From: Leucoraja ocellata
Lineage: Eukaryota
Assembly (NCBI GenBank): GCA_036785375.1
Contig: JAWMAR010000276.1
Coordinates: 1,364,001-1,428,000, forward strand
Direction of reading: 5' to 3'
DNA: 64,000 bases
Positions 27,179 through 40,146 of the stretch are shown one piece after another. The notes beneath the pieces are model-generated. The model searched no databases. It was not told where the DNA came from and was given only the letters and a program-made list of their open reading frames with translations. Each line of letters begins with the position of its first letter. The stretch's first letter is position 1. The position numbers were made by a program, and so were the translations under genes.

Positions 27179-30100
27179 GTATGAGACCCAACTGTAATAC
27201 TTTATACAGAATTTGATTTCACCAAGCAAATGGAGATTGCTGATGTTGGAATCTAGAATTGAAAAAAGAGTGCTGAAAGAACTTGGTGATCAAGGCAAAA
27301 AGTGTAAGTCATTATTTCATGATGAAATTCTAAATCAGTCCTGATCAGGGGCTCGAACCAAAACATTGACCTACACTTTTTCATAGTCATACGGCGTGGA
27401 AACAGGCCCTTTGGCCCAATTTGCTCACGCTGACTGCATTTGTCCCAACTACCTGCATTTGGCCCATATATTCTTCTAAACCTATCCTATTCATGTACCT
27501 GTCCAAATGTTATTTTTTAATATTGTGAAAGTACCATTTTTTTTGCCTTCACAAATGCTGTTTGATCCACTGATTTCTTCCAACGTTGTGTTCTTTAATT
27601 TTATCAAATTTGGATAGGCATTAAGTTCATACTATATGTTGTCAATTGCATGGAATGTAACAGTCAAAGTGAATGATAGCAAAATTGATGTGATTCTACT
27701 TTTGTTAGTGCATTTTGTGTTGAATTTACTTGATGAAATTGAAATGGGTTAGCAACACTGAATGTTTGCTATTACTTTATTTTCAAACCATCTTGAACAT
27801 TCACAATTGTGTTTTTTATTTTCCTAAGTTGAAATGACTAATATATATTGACACTTTTAAATTTCATGATATAGCATGCCACAGCCATTTGAGCTTTTAA
27901 ACTTAAAGAGCATTAATTTAAACTTTCCAAAACTTTCATTGTAATTCAGAAATGTGGTATTCCATGTAAGCCTATGATCCCCTGGTGTTGAGACCCTTTG
28001 TGCATTTATCCTTTGTATACCTCATTGTTCTTATGTTGCTTGTTTTGTTCATTTGTTTCAATCTGGTGATATTTTGTTAAAATACCATAATAGTCTCAGT
28101 TCATAAAATGGCTACAGCTGGCATTATTTTCCATTCCATGCCTTATTGTGTTGTTACATGGTACCTAATGGATTTGTTTTGGGAAGTATTGTTCTTGCAG
28201 CAGAGATAGAATATATCTTGAAAACAATTCTGTTCTATGGTATTTGAATGTTTAAAATTCCTCTGTTTACATTTTTAAAACATGCAGGAGCAGTGTTAAA
28301 ATTGTACTCCAAATACAGCTGCAAATGTACTAATATGAAGTGTTAAGCTATGAAGTTTCTCTACAAACAAAGAAATGTAATGTGTTGACCACTCATATGG
28401 CAATCGCAGAGGAGGTTCAAACAAGCACAGTTACATTTATTACAATTATTACCGCGGGGAAGATTAACTTTGACATACGGCATTTTAATTACATTTTCTG
28501 AATCTCCTTTTCTCAGCTGTACACAAGACAAATAATGATTTACAACAACCTGATACCCTTACCATCGCAAAAGGACATTCGATCTCATTACATTGTTCCT
28601 ATTCCATGCATTATCTATCAAGATTTACAGTAAAGTGGTTTTTATGCAATGATAGCCCATATTCTTTAACGATAATCGCAAACCTATCTACCGATAAACC
28701 TTGGGTTTCTCATTCTCGATATTGCGTAAGGCATAATTCTACATTGAAGGCATTCATCTTAACAATTATCGATGTTCAAGTCAGTGACAATGGAATCTAC
28801 TGCTGTGAGGTGATTCGGTTGGCACCACCGCCAACTTTAACAGGCAAAGGAAATGGCACCCTACTGAATGTAACTGGTAATTATTTTTTTAATTCTTTAA
28901 AAAGTGTTTTGGCAGTTTTACTTGGAACATTAATGCAAACTTTTGCAGCAATTAACTTTGTACAGTTGTGTCAGTTATATGAGAGATGTGTCAGATATGA
29001 TCATCACACGGCAGTGAGTTAGCTCTAAATCAGCATGCTGGCTGAAGTTCTTAATTTGTCCTTAGTGGTCCGGAATAGGAAGGTTTAGGACACATATATT
29101 TTTGGCAGGTTGGACCTACTTTTGAGATAACAAATAAAAACAGGAAACACTGGATATAATGGGACAGGCAGAGCCTGCAGAAAAGGAAACAGAATAAATA
29201 TTTCATATCTTTCTCCTTTTGTCAGAACAAGGAAATATTTGAAATTACTTTTTGTGCCTGTTTGTGTGAAAATTGAAGGTAGCATGATTTATCAATTTCA
29301 ATGATAACTATCTATACTTCCAAATGATATTTATCTTATTAAGGACTATTTTATTCATAGCTTTCACTGTTGTGAGAAATAAAGGAAGTTTAACTTAATT
29401 TTCATCAAAAGGCACAAATATAGGACTAACATCAGTCATGCTTGTTCTTACAGCAGTAGAGTGGTCTGAATTAGACATGAGGCCAAATGTGTTTCAAATC
29501 GACAGTGTAGTTGTGCTTGATTTAGATTGACAGTGAGATAATTTCAAGTTAATTTATCAGCAAAGAGAGGAAGCACAGTAGAATCGGGCATAGTCAAGGC
29601 TTATAGCCAAATCAGACCAGAATCCTAATTTATGATGCTGTTATACTAGAGACAGGAATTTAATTGACATAACGAACACATCATGGTTACAAAATAGACA
29701 CAAAAAGCTGGAGTAACTCAGCAGGACAGGCAGCATCTTTGGCGCGAAGGAATGGGTGATGTTTCGGGACAAGACCCTACTTCTTGACCCGAAATGTCAC
29801 ACATTCCTTCTCTACAGAGAAACTGCCTGTCCTGCTGAGTTACTCCAGTTTTTTATGTTTATCTTCGGTTTAAACCAGCATCTGTAGTTCTTTAACAGAA
29901 TGGTAACAAAATATTTTGCTTTAAATTTACAGCACAGCGGAGACCTTTTGTCCTTTGTATAAAAGCTATGTTTTATTCGTGCTGTACATTTTGCACATAC
30001 CATCATGGTTGACAAGTATCGGATTTTGTTGCATTTTGCTACCGAATGTATAAATTGTGTCAATATTTAATTGGTACTTTATTGTCTCAATTATGGTATG

Positions 30101-33100
30101 TGCTTAATGGTCAATTCTCTACTGCTTATGGATCAGCTTTGAAGAAACAGAAGAGAAAATAGAATCTTTATGAATGTCAATTTTCCTGATTAAGATCTAC
30201 AAAAATCCAACTGGCTCATTTATGACAAGAAAAAATGAAAGTAGATTTGCATCTATTGAAGGCTGCAGCAAACACATCTACCTTGAAGATAAACAAATAA
30301 GTAACTTTAATTCAGTTCTTCTCTGATTAACCATTAGAATGGATTGAAAATGATAACTAGACTGTTGTATTAAATGACACTCTTATGTGCAGTGAGGAAG
30401 CATTTAGGATTTGGTTGTTGGTTGTAGTATTGTGTGAGAACATAGTGGTTAACTTCAATTGACATCGATGGAAGAGGAAATTTGAAAAGGCTGATACAAC
30501 CAAAGCAAGAGGCCAAGAATGATCGTGGAACAGCATAGTCAACATGATCAAGACCCACAGTCAGAGAAGGCCAATTAAAATAAGTGAATGAGTAAAACAA
30601 AAAATAAGCACATTACTATACACATATGTCTGAAGAAGGGTCTCGACCTGAAACGTCATCCATTCTTTCTCTTCAGAGATGCTGCCTGTCCCGCTGAGTT
30701 ACTCCAACATTTTGTGTCTACATAGTATTCGAGTTAGGTTGGAAATGCGTGAAAGTGGCTAGTTATATGTGTGTCCTTACAGGATTGGAACAATAGTGGG
30801 AATAGGATGGTTGGGATGGGGATGAATGCTTTAGAATGAGGAAATAAGAGCAAAACATTTTGTATAATTATAGAGCTTCATATATATTTGTAGATTAAGC
30901 AAACAGAAAATATTCAGGTGTTCAGTTCTGCATAGAAAAATCATAACTGATTTCAAGAAATGTATATTTATAATTAGTACTGTTTATGTAATTAAATATG
31001 AACCTCAGTACCTTTGTAATTTGGATACCTTTGAAGAATGATATGCCACTTCAGAATTATACCATTGCTAATCTAACGAAAGCATGATCATGTTTCACAC
31101 CTTTTGGCCTCTCTCCACTGGCTGCCTATTCAGTATAGGATTCGTTTTAAAATTATTTTATTTACTTTTAAATCCCTAAGTGGTCTTGCCCCGTCCTACC
31201 TATCTGAGCTTCTTCACCCTTATTCGCCCTCCCGCTCTCTCAGGTCAGATGATCAGCTGCTCCTGATTGAGCCAAAGACTAAGCGGAAGCTCAGAGGGGA
31301 CCGTGCCTTTGCTGTGTCGGCTCCGAGATTGTGGAATGAATTGCCTCTGCACGTTAAACAGACCCCTTCTCTAGCTGTTTTTAAGACACTCCTGAAGACA
31401 TATCTGTTCTCCATGGCCTTTGTAGACCAGTGAGGTGTTAAATTGTTTATTAACTTTATTTGCTTGGTTTTGCTGCGTTGTTCGTACTCGTGTTTTATGT
31501 TTTTTAATTTATTGTTTGGATTTTTGTATGTAATTTATGCGCCTCGTGTTAGTTGTATGTTCTGTTGTTCTGCCTGTTTTATGATGTCTTGCTTGTTTTC
31601 TTTTTTCTGTACAGCACTTTGGTCAGCTTTGGTTGTTTTTAAGGTGCTTAACAAATAAAGTTGTTATTATTATTATTATTATTAATCTATCTTTTTTTTA
31701 TTACCAGCTTGTCCTTCTTTTCGGCTCATGGAATCTTACGACAAGATTTCTTCTTCACCATCAATTATCATTACATGCTTAGCATATGGGTTTTATCCAA
31801 ATATTATTACATTTTGGATACAACCAACCTGTCTCACCCACAGGCGCATCAGTACAAGCAACTCAACCAATCCCAATGGAACCTATAACTACAATGCAAC
31901 GTTTAGCATCTCCACAGAAAATTGCTCCAACTCCACTGAATTCATGTGTGTAGTTCAACATCCAGCATCACAGACCGAGCTAAATGTTACTATCATCATA
32001 GATGTTCATACAGTTGCTCAAGGTAGGATGGTATCATAAAATCAATTCAGCAGGAAGGCCAACAAAGCCCCTGCTGGAATGTGTTGTAAAATAAATGCTT
32101 TACTAGATATAAAGAAAGTGTGATAGAAATAAAGAAGGCCAAATTTACTTTTTTTAAATCAAATCAAACTCACTTTATAATATTACCTTATTAACAGGCA
32201 CACCTTATTTTTCTGGCTGGCTAATTGTTGTTTCCCACTTGAATTACTTCCTTGACATACAATCTCTGCTCTTCCTGATTTATGACACCCTCAAAGGAGG
32301 CACAGTTTTATTTCCTGATATCAACAAAATGATATCAAGAAATAATGTTGTGCCTCCTTTGTGGAAATTAACAAAAATGTATAATTATGTGATTGTAATC
32401 AGAATAAGAGTTCACACGCTAGATTCCTGGTGAAGAACCATGCATACTGGGGAAAGAAATGTTTAAAGCAAAGTCGCCAGACTTCTGGAGTTTAACATTC
32501 AATTCTGGAAATTAACAGGTTAACATTCCGGCTGCTGCAAGCTGAAGAATTAAGAGAAAGCTTATCAGTGCTCTCTATCCGATGTAGAATTCTTAACCCA
32601 AAAACCTTCATTACGATAAACTACATGTAAACACTGTGACTGCGAAATACTGCCATGAGTGTCCTTTGTTTAGGTAGGATCTGATGCCCTGTGTGAGCTG
32701 CTTTGCCTGTGGCTGCTTAGGGCTCCATGCCAACAAATTTATACATGTTGGGTTCCTTTCAGGCCAGAGCTGGAAATAGTCATGTTATTTCCTGATTTGC
32801 CGTCCACTTTTATTGAAGGGAAGTCACCGTTGCCTTCCAGCAGATCACATATTTGTTCTTGCTAGAGACAAGCAAGTGGATTGAGCACACACATTTGGAA
32901 TGGTTGTTGTCTTCTCAATGCTGCTGAATGTCATTGACGCACCCATGCTGCATTGCAGGATTCACATATCAACACAGGGATGTACCACAACTGGTATAAA
33001 ATTTATTCCCTTAATAGCCAGTGCATGCACAAGCATACCCAGTATTCTGGCAGCAGTATAAACACCTATATTCTTTGGTGATGCACTGTGTTTCAGTGCT

Positions 33101-36100
33101 TGAGCATCAGCAATAAACATAAAATTGGCAAGTGGAAACAAGGACATTAAGCTGAACATATGATACCGCAACACATGGATAGTATGCATATTATGAATAT
33201 CATGCCGGCATATACAGTCTGATGGAACAGACAGTCATAGCATCACATGGCCACCAATGGATTCGGGGATGACAAGGCCCTTCATTTCTGCCATATAGGT
33301 AGCTCCTCACTTACCAGAACCTTCTCAAATGGCTCAATCATACCATATTAGCAGAATTTTTGTGATAAACTAGATTAAGTGGGACCCGTTGGCTCCCTGT
33401 CACACGGATGCAACCGGTTCCCCAACACAATAGTCCACTCACCCGTTCCCCCAATGCAACCTGTCCCCCCAACTCAATATTGCACCACTCATGCATAGCC
33501 CTCACCTGCGCAGGCACGGCTCATTTCCCCTAATCCCCCAGCACTCCCTCCCCCTCTTCACCCTCCCTCTTCTTTCCCTTCTCCTCCCCAATCCCTCCCT
33601 CACCTCTCCCTCCATCTACTTTCCCCTACCCTCAGTCACTCCCTCTCTCCACAACTCCTCTCCCCTCCCTACCCCCCTCCTATCCCTCTATCCCCCACTC
33701 CTCACCTCCCCTATTCCCCCCACTATCCTTCCTGACCTCCCCCACTGTCCTCGTCTGCCTCTATTCCCCACTCCCTGCCTCTCCCACCCCCCCTCATCTC
33801 CCTCTATTCCCCCACTCTCCTTACCTCCCCCACTTTCCCCCTCTCCCTCACTACCCTTTCCTCTCCCTCAATCCCCCCACTCTCCCTCCTCATCTCCCCA
33901 GGATCTTTCCCCTCTCCTCCTCCCCTCCCCAATCCCTCCCTCTCCTTTCCCTTACCCTCAGTCACTCCCTCGCTCCATCCATAAAGAGCAGCATCTACAG
34001 TTCTCTCCTCCACAGGTCATCCATTGTTAGATGTGGTTTAGATCCAGTTGACTTGACGATTGGACCAGTTTGCATCGTGTGTGTGAGTTACTCAAACTCC
34101 GCGCAAACTGCTCAGCCACTCTGCAACCCGACTCTAGTAGAAGCAATGTGACACCCCACTCTGAGAGCTCAGGAAATTTCCTTTCTACTTTCAGCTTAAT
34201 TCACTTGGCAACATTCTAATTCAAGTCTGAAGTTTAAACTCCATTAATGGCATATAAACATTATCCCGGAAAACATTCCATCCATACATGATCTGGTGTA
34301 CATCATGCTGTTGTTTTCCAGACATTGTTGAGTATGAATCAGCCACGATATTTACCTTTGTTACAATTCAAGACATTTATTTTAGTTTTTGTTTAGTTTA
34401 TTATCACATTTACAGAAAAACATTTGTTGCGTGCTATTCAGTCAGCAGAAAGACAATACATTATTACATTCGAGCCATTTACAGTGTATAGATAGATATA
34501 TGATAAGAGAATAATGTTTAGTGCAAGGTAAAGCCACCAATACCCGTTCAAGGATAGTCTGAGAGTCATCGAAGAGGTGTATATCTATATATATATATAG
34601 ATATACACTTATTCTAATTACGTTAAACTTTTTTATTAGAAATTTTTTATTAGAAATTTTAATTAGAAATTACATATATATATAGATATAATTTCTAATT
34701 AAAAAGTAAAACATGTCATTAGAATAAGGATCCAAAAGCTGGGTTTGATTCTAAACTAAATTGAGGAATTACAAAACTTTGTCACTTTACATGACCTAAA
34801 AATTGTGCAAACATTTTCCACACACATTTCCATTTCCTCTATTCATAAAAAAACATGTTTTGTGGTTTTTGGTGTTGTGCTATTTCTAAAGGTCAGCAAA
34901 TAGATCTTTTAGTTCAGTTTATGTATGACCAGGTCTAATCCAGTCAAATAACTTTGTGCATTGTTATTTTTAAAGAAAATGAAAAGCATAAACCCCGATC
35001 TGGAAGGTGAATATACTGATGAAATAATTCAAATATGTTAAAGCATTTAAAAATAAATTAACTAAGAATTAGTGAAATCAAATAACTTTATGTAATCAAA
35101 ATTAAAGATCTCACTATAAAATAATTTCATAAACTAACAGCAAGAAAGAAAAGGACTTAAATGAACATAACAATTGAAAATAGTTATAGAAAATGGAAAA
35201 CCTGAGCACAACATTTGAATGGAGAGGTGGATTGATTTTTAAATGTGGTGGAAGTTATAAATAAAAAGCCTTCAAATGTTTGGTCCCAAGTTCAGATCAG
35301 ATTAGTTTATTATCATCTCCAAGAGGGTGGTCCTTGTTTCTTGTTCATATGAAGCTCACAGTGTATCAGTAAACATACACTAATGATAAATACAACAATA
35401 TGACGACGAGAGTAAAACAGCAGAATTGTACACGATTGTCATGCAAAATCCATGTAGTGTAAAAGAATATTAAAATACAAAAATAGAATAATCAATGAGG
35501 TAGAGCATCTCTGGAAATGGGGTGTAAAAGAGATGATTGTTTCAGGAGTCAGTTAGCAATGGGGAAAGTGGCTCTTAATTCTGGACATCTGGGCTTTCAC
35601 GCTCCTGTATCCTCTCACAGAAGGTATAAGGGGGAAAAAGGAATGGCCGGGACAGCAGGTACACTTGACAATACTTCCAGCCTACCTGATGCAATGCACC
35701 ATGAGGGTGGACTGTATGGAAGGAAGAGACAAGCCTGTGATGGACTGGAGATACAGGTAAACAAAATAACCATTGCAGGTCAGGGTGAGTGAGTCTGAAG
35801 AAGGGTCCCGATCTGAAACAGAGCCTACCCATCTCCTCCAAAGATGCTGCCTGACCTGCTGAGTTACAGTACTCCAGCATTTTGTGTCCTGTGATGGACT
35901 GTTTTGTGTTCAGTACTCTCTGCAGGTTCAGATGGTCAAGAACAGAGCAGATCCCATACCATTCTGAGATGCACCCTTCACAATGCATCCGGTAGTGCAT
36001 CTATAGAAGTTTAAGAAAATCCTCATGAAAAAGACATGTTGAATCTTCTCAGGCACATAAGAGAGTAAATGTATTGATGAGCTTTCCTGATCACTGCGTT

Positions 36101-39100
36101 AGTGTCAAAGGACCAGGTTAGGTTGTTGCTGATACAGATACAAAGAAACATTAAGCTGTCGACCGTCTTCACAGCCGCTCAGTTAATGAGGACAGGGTTG
36201 GGTTCATCCCCTCACCAGCCCTATTTCCTTAGGTCAACGATCAACTTTGGTAACAGTCCTGGGACTAGATAATGGAATCGCCAAATGAGGAAGAGTTAAG
36301 AACCTCTGTGAAGGTTTTGTGTAGGTGGTGCTCATCTCCGCTGCACAACCTCAACCATAAATAGACTTACCCTGAAACTGTAACTTGTCATCAGCGATAG
36401 AGATATTTTGGGAGAGCTGTTTTCAGAAAGATGATTTCCGCAATCTTTCAGAGAACCATTCAGATCCACGTCTTTGTCAGATGGACTTTGCTTTTTACAA
36501 AACTGTACGCCCTTGCTTTGCTGAATGAGGTAATCTGCTAACTCACTCTTGTTAATGTTGATGATATTATAAAGCAGAAAAGATCAATCATTAACATGCC
36601 ATCCTGATCATTCCCAGTTGGACCTTGAAAGCTCAGACATCCGGACTTAATAACAACAACTCTCCCATTGCTATCCAACTCCTGAACTAATCATCTCATT
36701 TCACACCCCTTTCCCCAGAGGTGCTGCCATGTAATCTTATTCTTAACTCTATCTCACTCGGTTTTCCACTTTTCCAATTTTTTTGTACTATTTTCAGATT
36801 GTACTATAATCTTTACACCATTCTCATGTTTTGCATTTGCCACTGCATTTATTGTTCATGTATTTATTGTTTACTCTATGAGCTTCATGCAAACTAAGAA
36901 TTTCAGTGTCCTACTGGAGTCTATAACAATAATCTAATCTGTATTTTCATTATTTTGAACAACAAATGAAGCCTCACTCTTTGAGAACTTTTCCCAGGAT
37001 CTTCATTGGCTTTTCAGGCCCAATGGGTTTTTACAAGTTGAAATCAAACTCCAGTTTTTATCAAATTCAAATGGGGTGAAATGGCATTATTAACTGGCCA
37101 AGCCAAAATATTCTGATTGATAACTTAAATTATATTTGTACAGAACTTTGTACATTTATACAAAAGGAAAACGGCTTTGAGACGACGCAAACTATAAATT
37201 ATTATTAATACTGCAATTATACTTTGGTAATGATTAATTGGAAGAGAAAAGAAAGTGTAAAGTGCAGGGAAATTAATAGTTGTAAAAAGTTTCTATAAAT
37301 AAAATGATTAAATGTATTGAACTTGAAATCGTTCTGGAGAGTTGTTTAAATCGACCATGCATAACGTGATTTAACAATTCCAATTTTCCACAGATCATAA
37401 ATGGAGTACCTGGATTTCCATTTTACTTTCCATAAGTGGAGGAACAGCTTGCCTTTTCCCTCTTGTGCTCTTCCTTATAAAATGTGCATGCAGTAAGTGA
37501 CTTCACAGCCAACTTTCCCAAAAGCAAACAATCCAGTTTTAGGTGTAATCCTGATTCTGTACAGTGATTCTCCCTTCATTAATTCCGTGTTTGCATCTAT
37601 TGTCCCACTTTTTAAAATTGACATAATAATATGAAGTAAATTATTAGATATGTCTACTTTTGAAGCTACATAATATATTCCTAACATGACATAAGATATC
37701 TAGTATTATGTTGATTCACATGCTTGATCAATGGTGTTTTATCATTAATGTTTTATTATTATTGTTTAGTGTTTTTTGAGTCGTTCGTAACTGTCAATGT
37801 ATGTCATGTTGTTACTTGAGGGCAGAGCACGAAGGTAAATTCCTTGTGTGAATACTTGACCAGTAAACCTACTTACTTACTTACTTACTTACTTATAATA
37901 TAGTTCACTTTACTACAGACTTTAAAACTAATTATTCCACTTCATTATTATTTCTCATAGAAAGGAAAGGAATGCAAGAGCAAACAAGAATTCAAAGTAA
38001 TCGAACTTTGAACCTTGAATGGAATAACATGGTAAATATTTGATTTTTTTTTAAAGATAATGTATATTTAGTCTTCTTTGGTTACTTATTCAACGCAAAT
38101 GTTGGACTGTCTGTCCCTTCTCAGAATTCTCTGGGATTTCCACATAAACAGACCAAGAGAAGCAGGCTTGTGAGTTTGAATGTATGTATGACAATGTTTA
38201 ATAGCCTGATGTGGACCTTGGATACTCCTGCAAAGTTTTAATTGCAATTACAAAATCAAGCAAACAGCTCATTAGAAATAGAAACATAGAAACATAGAAA
38301 ATCGGTGCAGGAGGAGGCCATTCAGCCCTTCGAGCCAGCACCGCCATTCATTGTGATCATGGCTGATTGTCCCCAATCAATAACCCGTGCCTGCTACTAG
38401 TAGGCTAGTCCTGATACTATGTATCACATGGTGAGGAAACAGTAATTAAATGAGTGATCCTATGGATTTTTTGGTAAATAGTGTAACAATAATAAATGAA
38501 ACAAAACTAGGTGATTCATCAATGGTAATGCCATTAAATGTCAAGGGTAGGTGGTTACTGTCACACTTGTTGGATATGGTCAGTGCAAATGGTTAATTTC
38601 GCTTGAAGTGGCAAACGATTGTTGGGCATAGCACATTGCCTGGAGGAACCCCTGATGAGATATCTGATGACTGGTATAAGTGATCAGCAGCAAAGTACCA
38701 TTTTGCTTTCTTTGAAGTATGATTGCATATTGGAGTGCTTTCTCCTTGATGCCCATTGACTTTTGACTGGCCAAGGATCTAGAATATCGTACCTGGCCAT
38801 CTGCAAAGTCAATCTTCTCACCTCTGAAAGGTGATGAGGACAGGAGCTGTGAAAATCTGGCAAAACCTAAACTGGACATCAGTGAACCATTTATTAGAAA
38901 GTCAGTGCAGCTTCACTGGCGCTTCCCAATGCTTTGTTGATGACTGAGACTAAGATGCCTGAGAACATGCTGAGTGGTTGGCACATTAAACCATTAGAAG
39001 TTAATGCACTGTGTTTTGCTATTTTGTAGAATGAAACCAATGAGGAAGAGATCTGCTATGCCAAACTGCAATGGGCAATGACACGGAGAGCTAGAAAGGA

Positions 39101-39146
39101 GGAGGAGGAGGTGGAGGAGACTGTGTACAGCCCAGTTCTTCAGTGA
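27130..39146 (+). CDS. IgSF inhibitory receptor, leader-VJ-C1-TM-ITIM/ITSM (CD28/NKp30-like V domain), 351 aa, 7 exons
   Basis: join 27130-27178, 28517-28876, 31708-32022, 37394-37492, 37961-38031, 38125-38169, 39030-39146 = 1056 nt; all GT-AG, phases 1,1,1,1,0,0, no internal stops; AATAAA at 39194 and 39208. Confidence 0.87.
28517..28876 (+). CDS. VJ-C1 receptor exon 2, V-set domain with germline J-like G strand
   Basis: ISLHC...VKWF...LTIIDVQVSDNGIYCCEV...APPP...GKGNGTLLNVT; 360 nt, phase 1-1. Confidence 0.93.
31076..31682 (+). mobile_element. 5'-truncated L2 LINE with open C-terminal frame
   Basis: SLHWLPIQYRIRFKI...GDRAFAVSAPRLWNELP...FKTLLKTYLF; AATAAA 31654, (tta)n tail, TSD TAATCTA at 31069 and 31683. 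Confidence 0.9.
31708..32022 (+). CDS. VJ-C1 receptor exon 3, C1-set domain
   Basis: ITCLAYGFYP, NPNGTY, FMCVVQH; 315 nt, phase 1-1. Confidence 0.92.
33535..33985. repeat. Polypyrimidine (C/T-rich) low-complexity tract
   Basis: ~450 bp almost devoid of G on the + strand. Confidence 0.85.
37394..37492 (+). CDS. VJ-C1 receptor exon 4, transmembrane
   Basis: WISILLSISGGTACLFPLVLFLIKCAC; ttttccacag and gtaagt; 99 nt, phase 1-1; no charged residue in the TM core. Confidence 0.85.
37961..38031 (+). CDS. VJ-C1 receptor exon 5, cytoplasmic
   Basis: KRKGMQEQTRIQSNRTLNLEWNNM; tttctcatag and gtaaat; phase 1-0. Confidence 0.78.
38125..38169 (+). CDS. VJ-C1 receptor exon 6, cytoplasmic
   Basis: NSLGFPHKQTKRSRL; cccttctcag and gtgagt; 45 nt, phase 0-0. 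Confidence 0.75.
39030..39146 (+). CDS. VJ-C1 receptor terminal exon with ITIM (ICYAKL) and ITSM (TVYSPV)
   Basis: attttgtag acceptor; NETNEEEICYAKLQWAMTRRARKEEEEVEETVYSPVLQ*. Confidence 0.85.
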   Translation, partial: NETNEEEICYAKLQWAMTRRARKEEEEVEETVYSPVLQ

Positions 39147-40146
39147 AAGACTAATGGAGAGGGCAGCTGCAAATAATGAAACCATTCAATACAAATAAAC
39201 ATGCTTGAATAAACCTTGGATCAAACCTTTGCATCCAAATCTTCCTATGTGATCATTCTCAATGTATTTCTCTTAATTCTGTTTACTTTGTTGATTAGAT
39301 GTAATTCATGTTTGTAGGTTTTCCAACATTCCTCTTTGAGCTGTGCTTGGGTGAATATTTTGCCTGTTTTGTATGAGCTGCCTTTGAGCTCCTTTCACCT
39401 TTATGGAAGTTCTAGTTTTGTCATCAGTGGTGTCCCAGTGTCATGTATTATTATGTGCAAGCATACAATCATGTGCATGTAACCTAAAACAATGATTATT
39501 TTAGCCACTGTGTAAATATTTTTTTTAAGAATCTTTAAAACCAAGTATCTAAGTGCTTCAGCTAGAATTAAATATAAATCCTAACAAGGACCAACTTGCT
39601 GCGATTATTTCCCTGCCCACTAAAGCACACTCTTGGAGTAAATCACAGATGTGAAACTCTTCAGGTCAGCTGATATCAGGTGAACACAGCAAAGGCCAAC
39701 ACAGCCAGAAAGACCTTTGTGTTTGTAACGGGCAACTCCACCCACAAAACCACTTTGATAGGCAATTGGACGTGCACAGATTAAGCCCCCAGGAGTCTGC
39801 GGCTCTTGTGTGGCCAAACTCAAGAACCGATGGATTCAGGGGGAGCTCGCTGAGCCAGTCCCTCACAGCCAAACTCAAGACCTGGCAGATCCCCACTTTA
39901 TGGGTTACATATAAGAACAAAATTGAACTGCATCACCATCTAAAAATTTTACTTCTACGTTGAGCCATGTTTTTAAAGATTGCCAAGGCTTACTGACATT
40001 CAGTGATCACTCTATTCACATATTGAGCATAATCGTCACACCAGCCTACTCTGCCCCAAACCCCACTCCAAATTCCACTTTAAAATTAGTACTGCAGTCA
40101 AAAGCGGTTACATTTGTCAGCATCTGATCTGCAGTAAATTTCTGAA

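Noticed and set aside
28517-29020. Rearranging Ig/TCR V segment
   Set aside because: J-like strand is already in the V exon, no heptamer/nonamer RSS seen, single copy, and the tail has ITIM/ITSM.
33491-34030. 179-aa Pro/Ser/Leu-rich ORF
   Set aside because: Translation of a polypyrimidine tract.
34976-35006. Candidate mini-exon between C1 and TM (taaag ... AAG|gtgaat)
   Set aside because: 31 nt would shift the frame; C1 and TM exons already join in phase.
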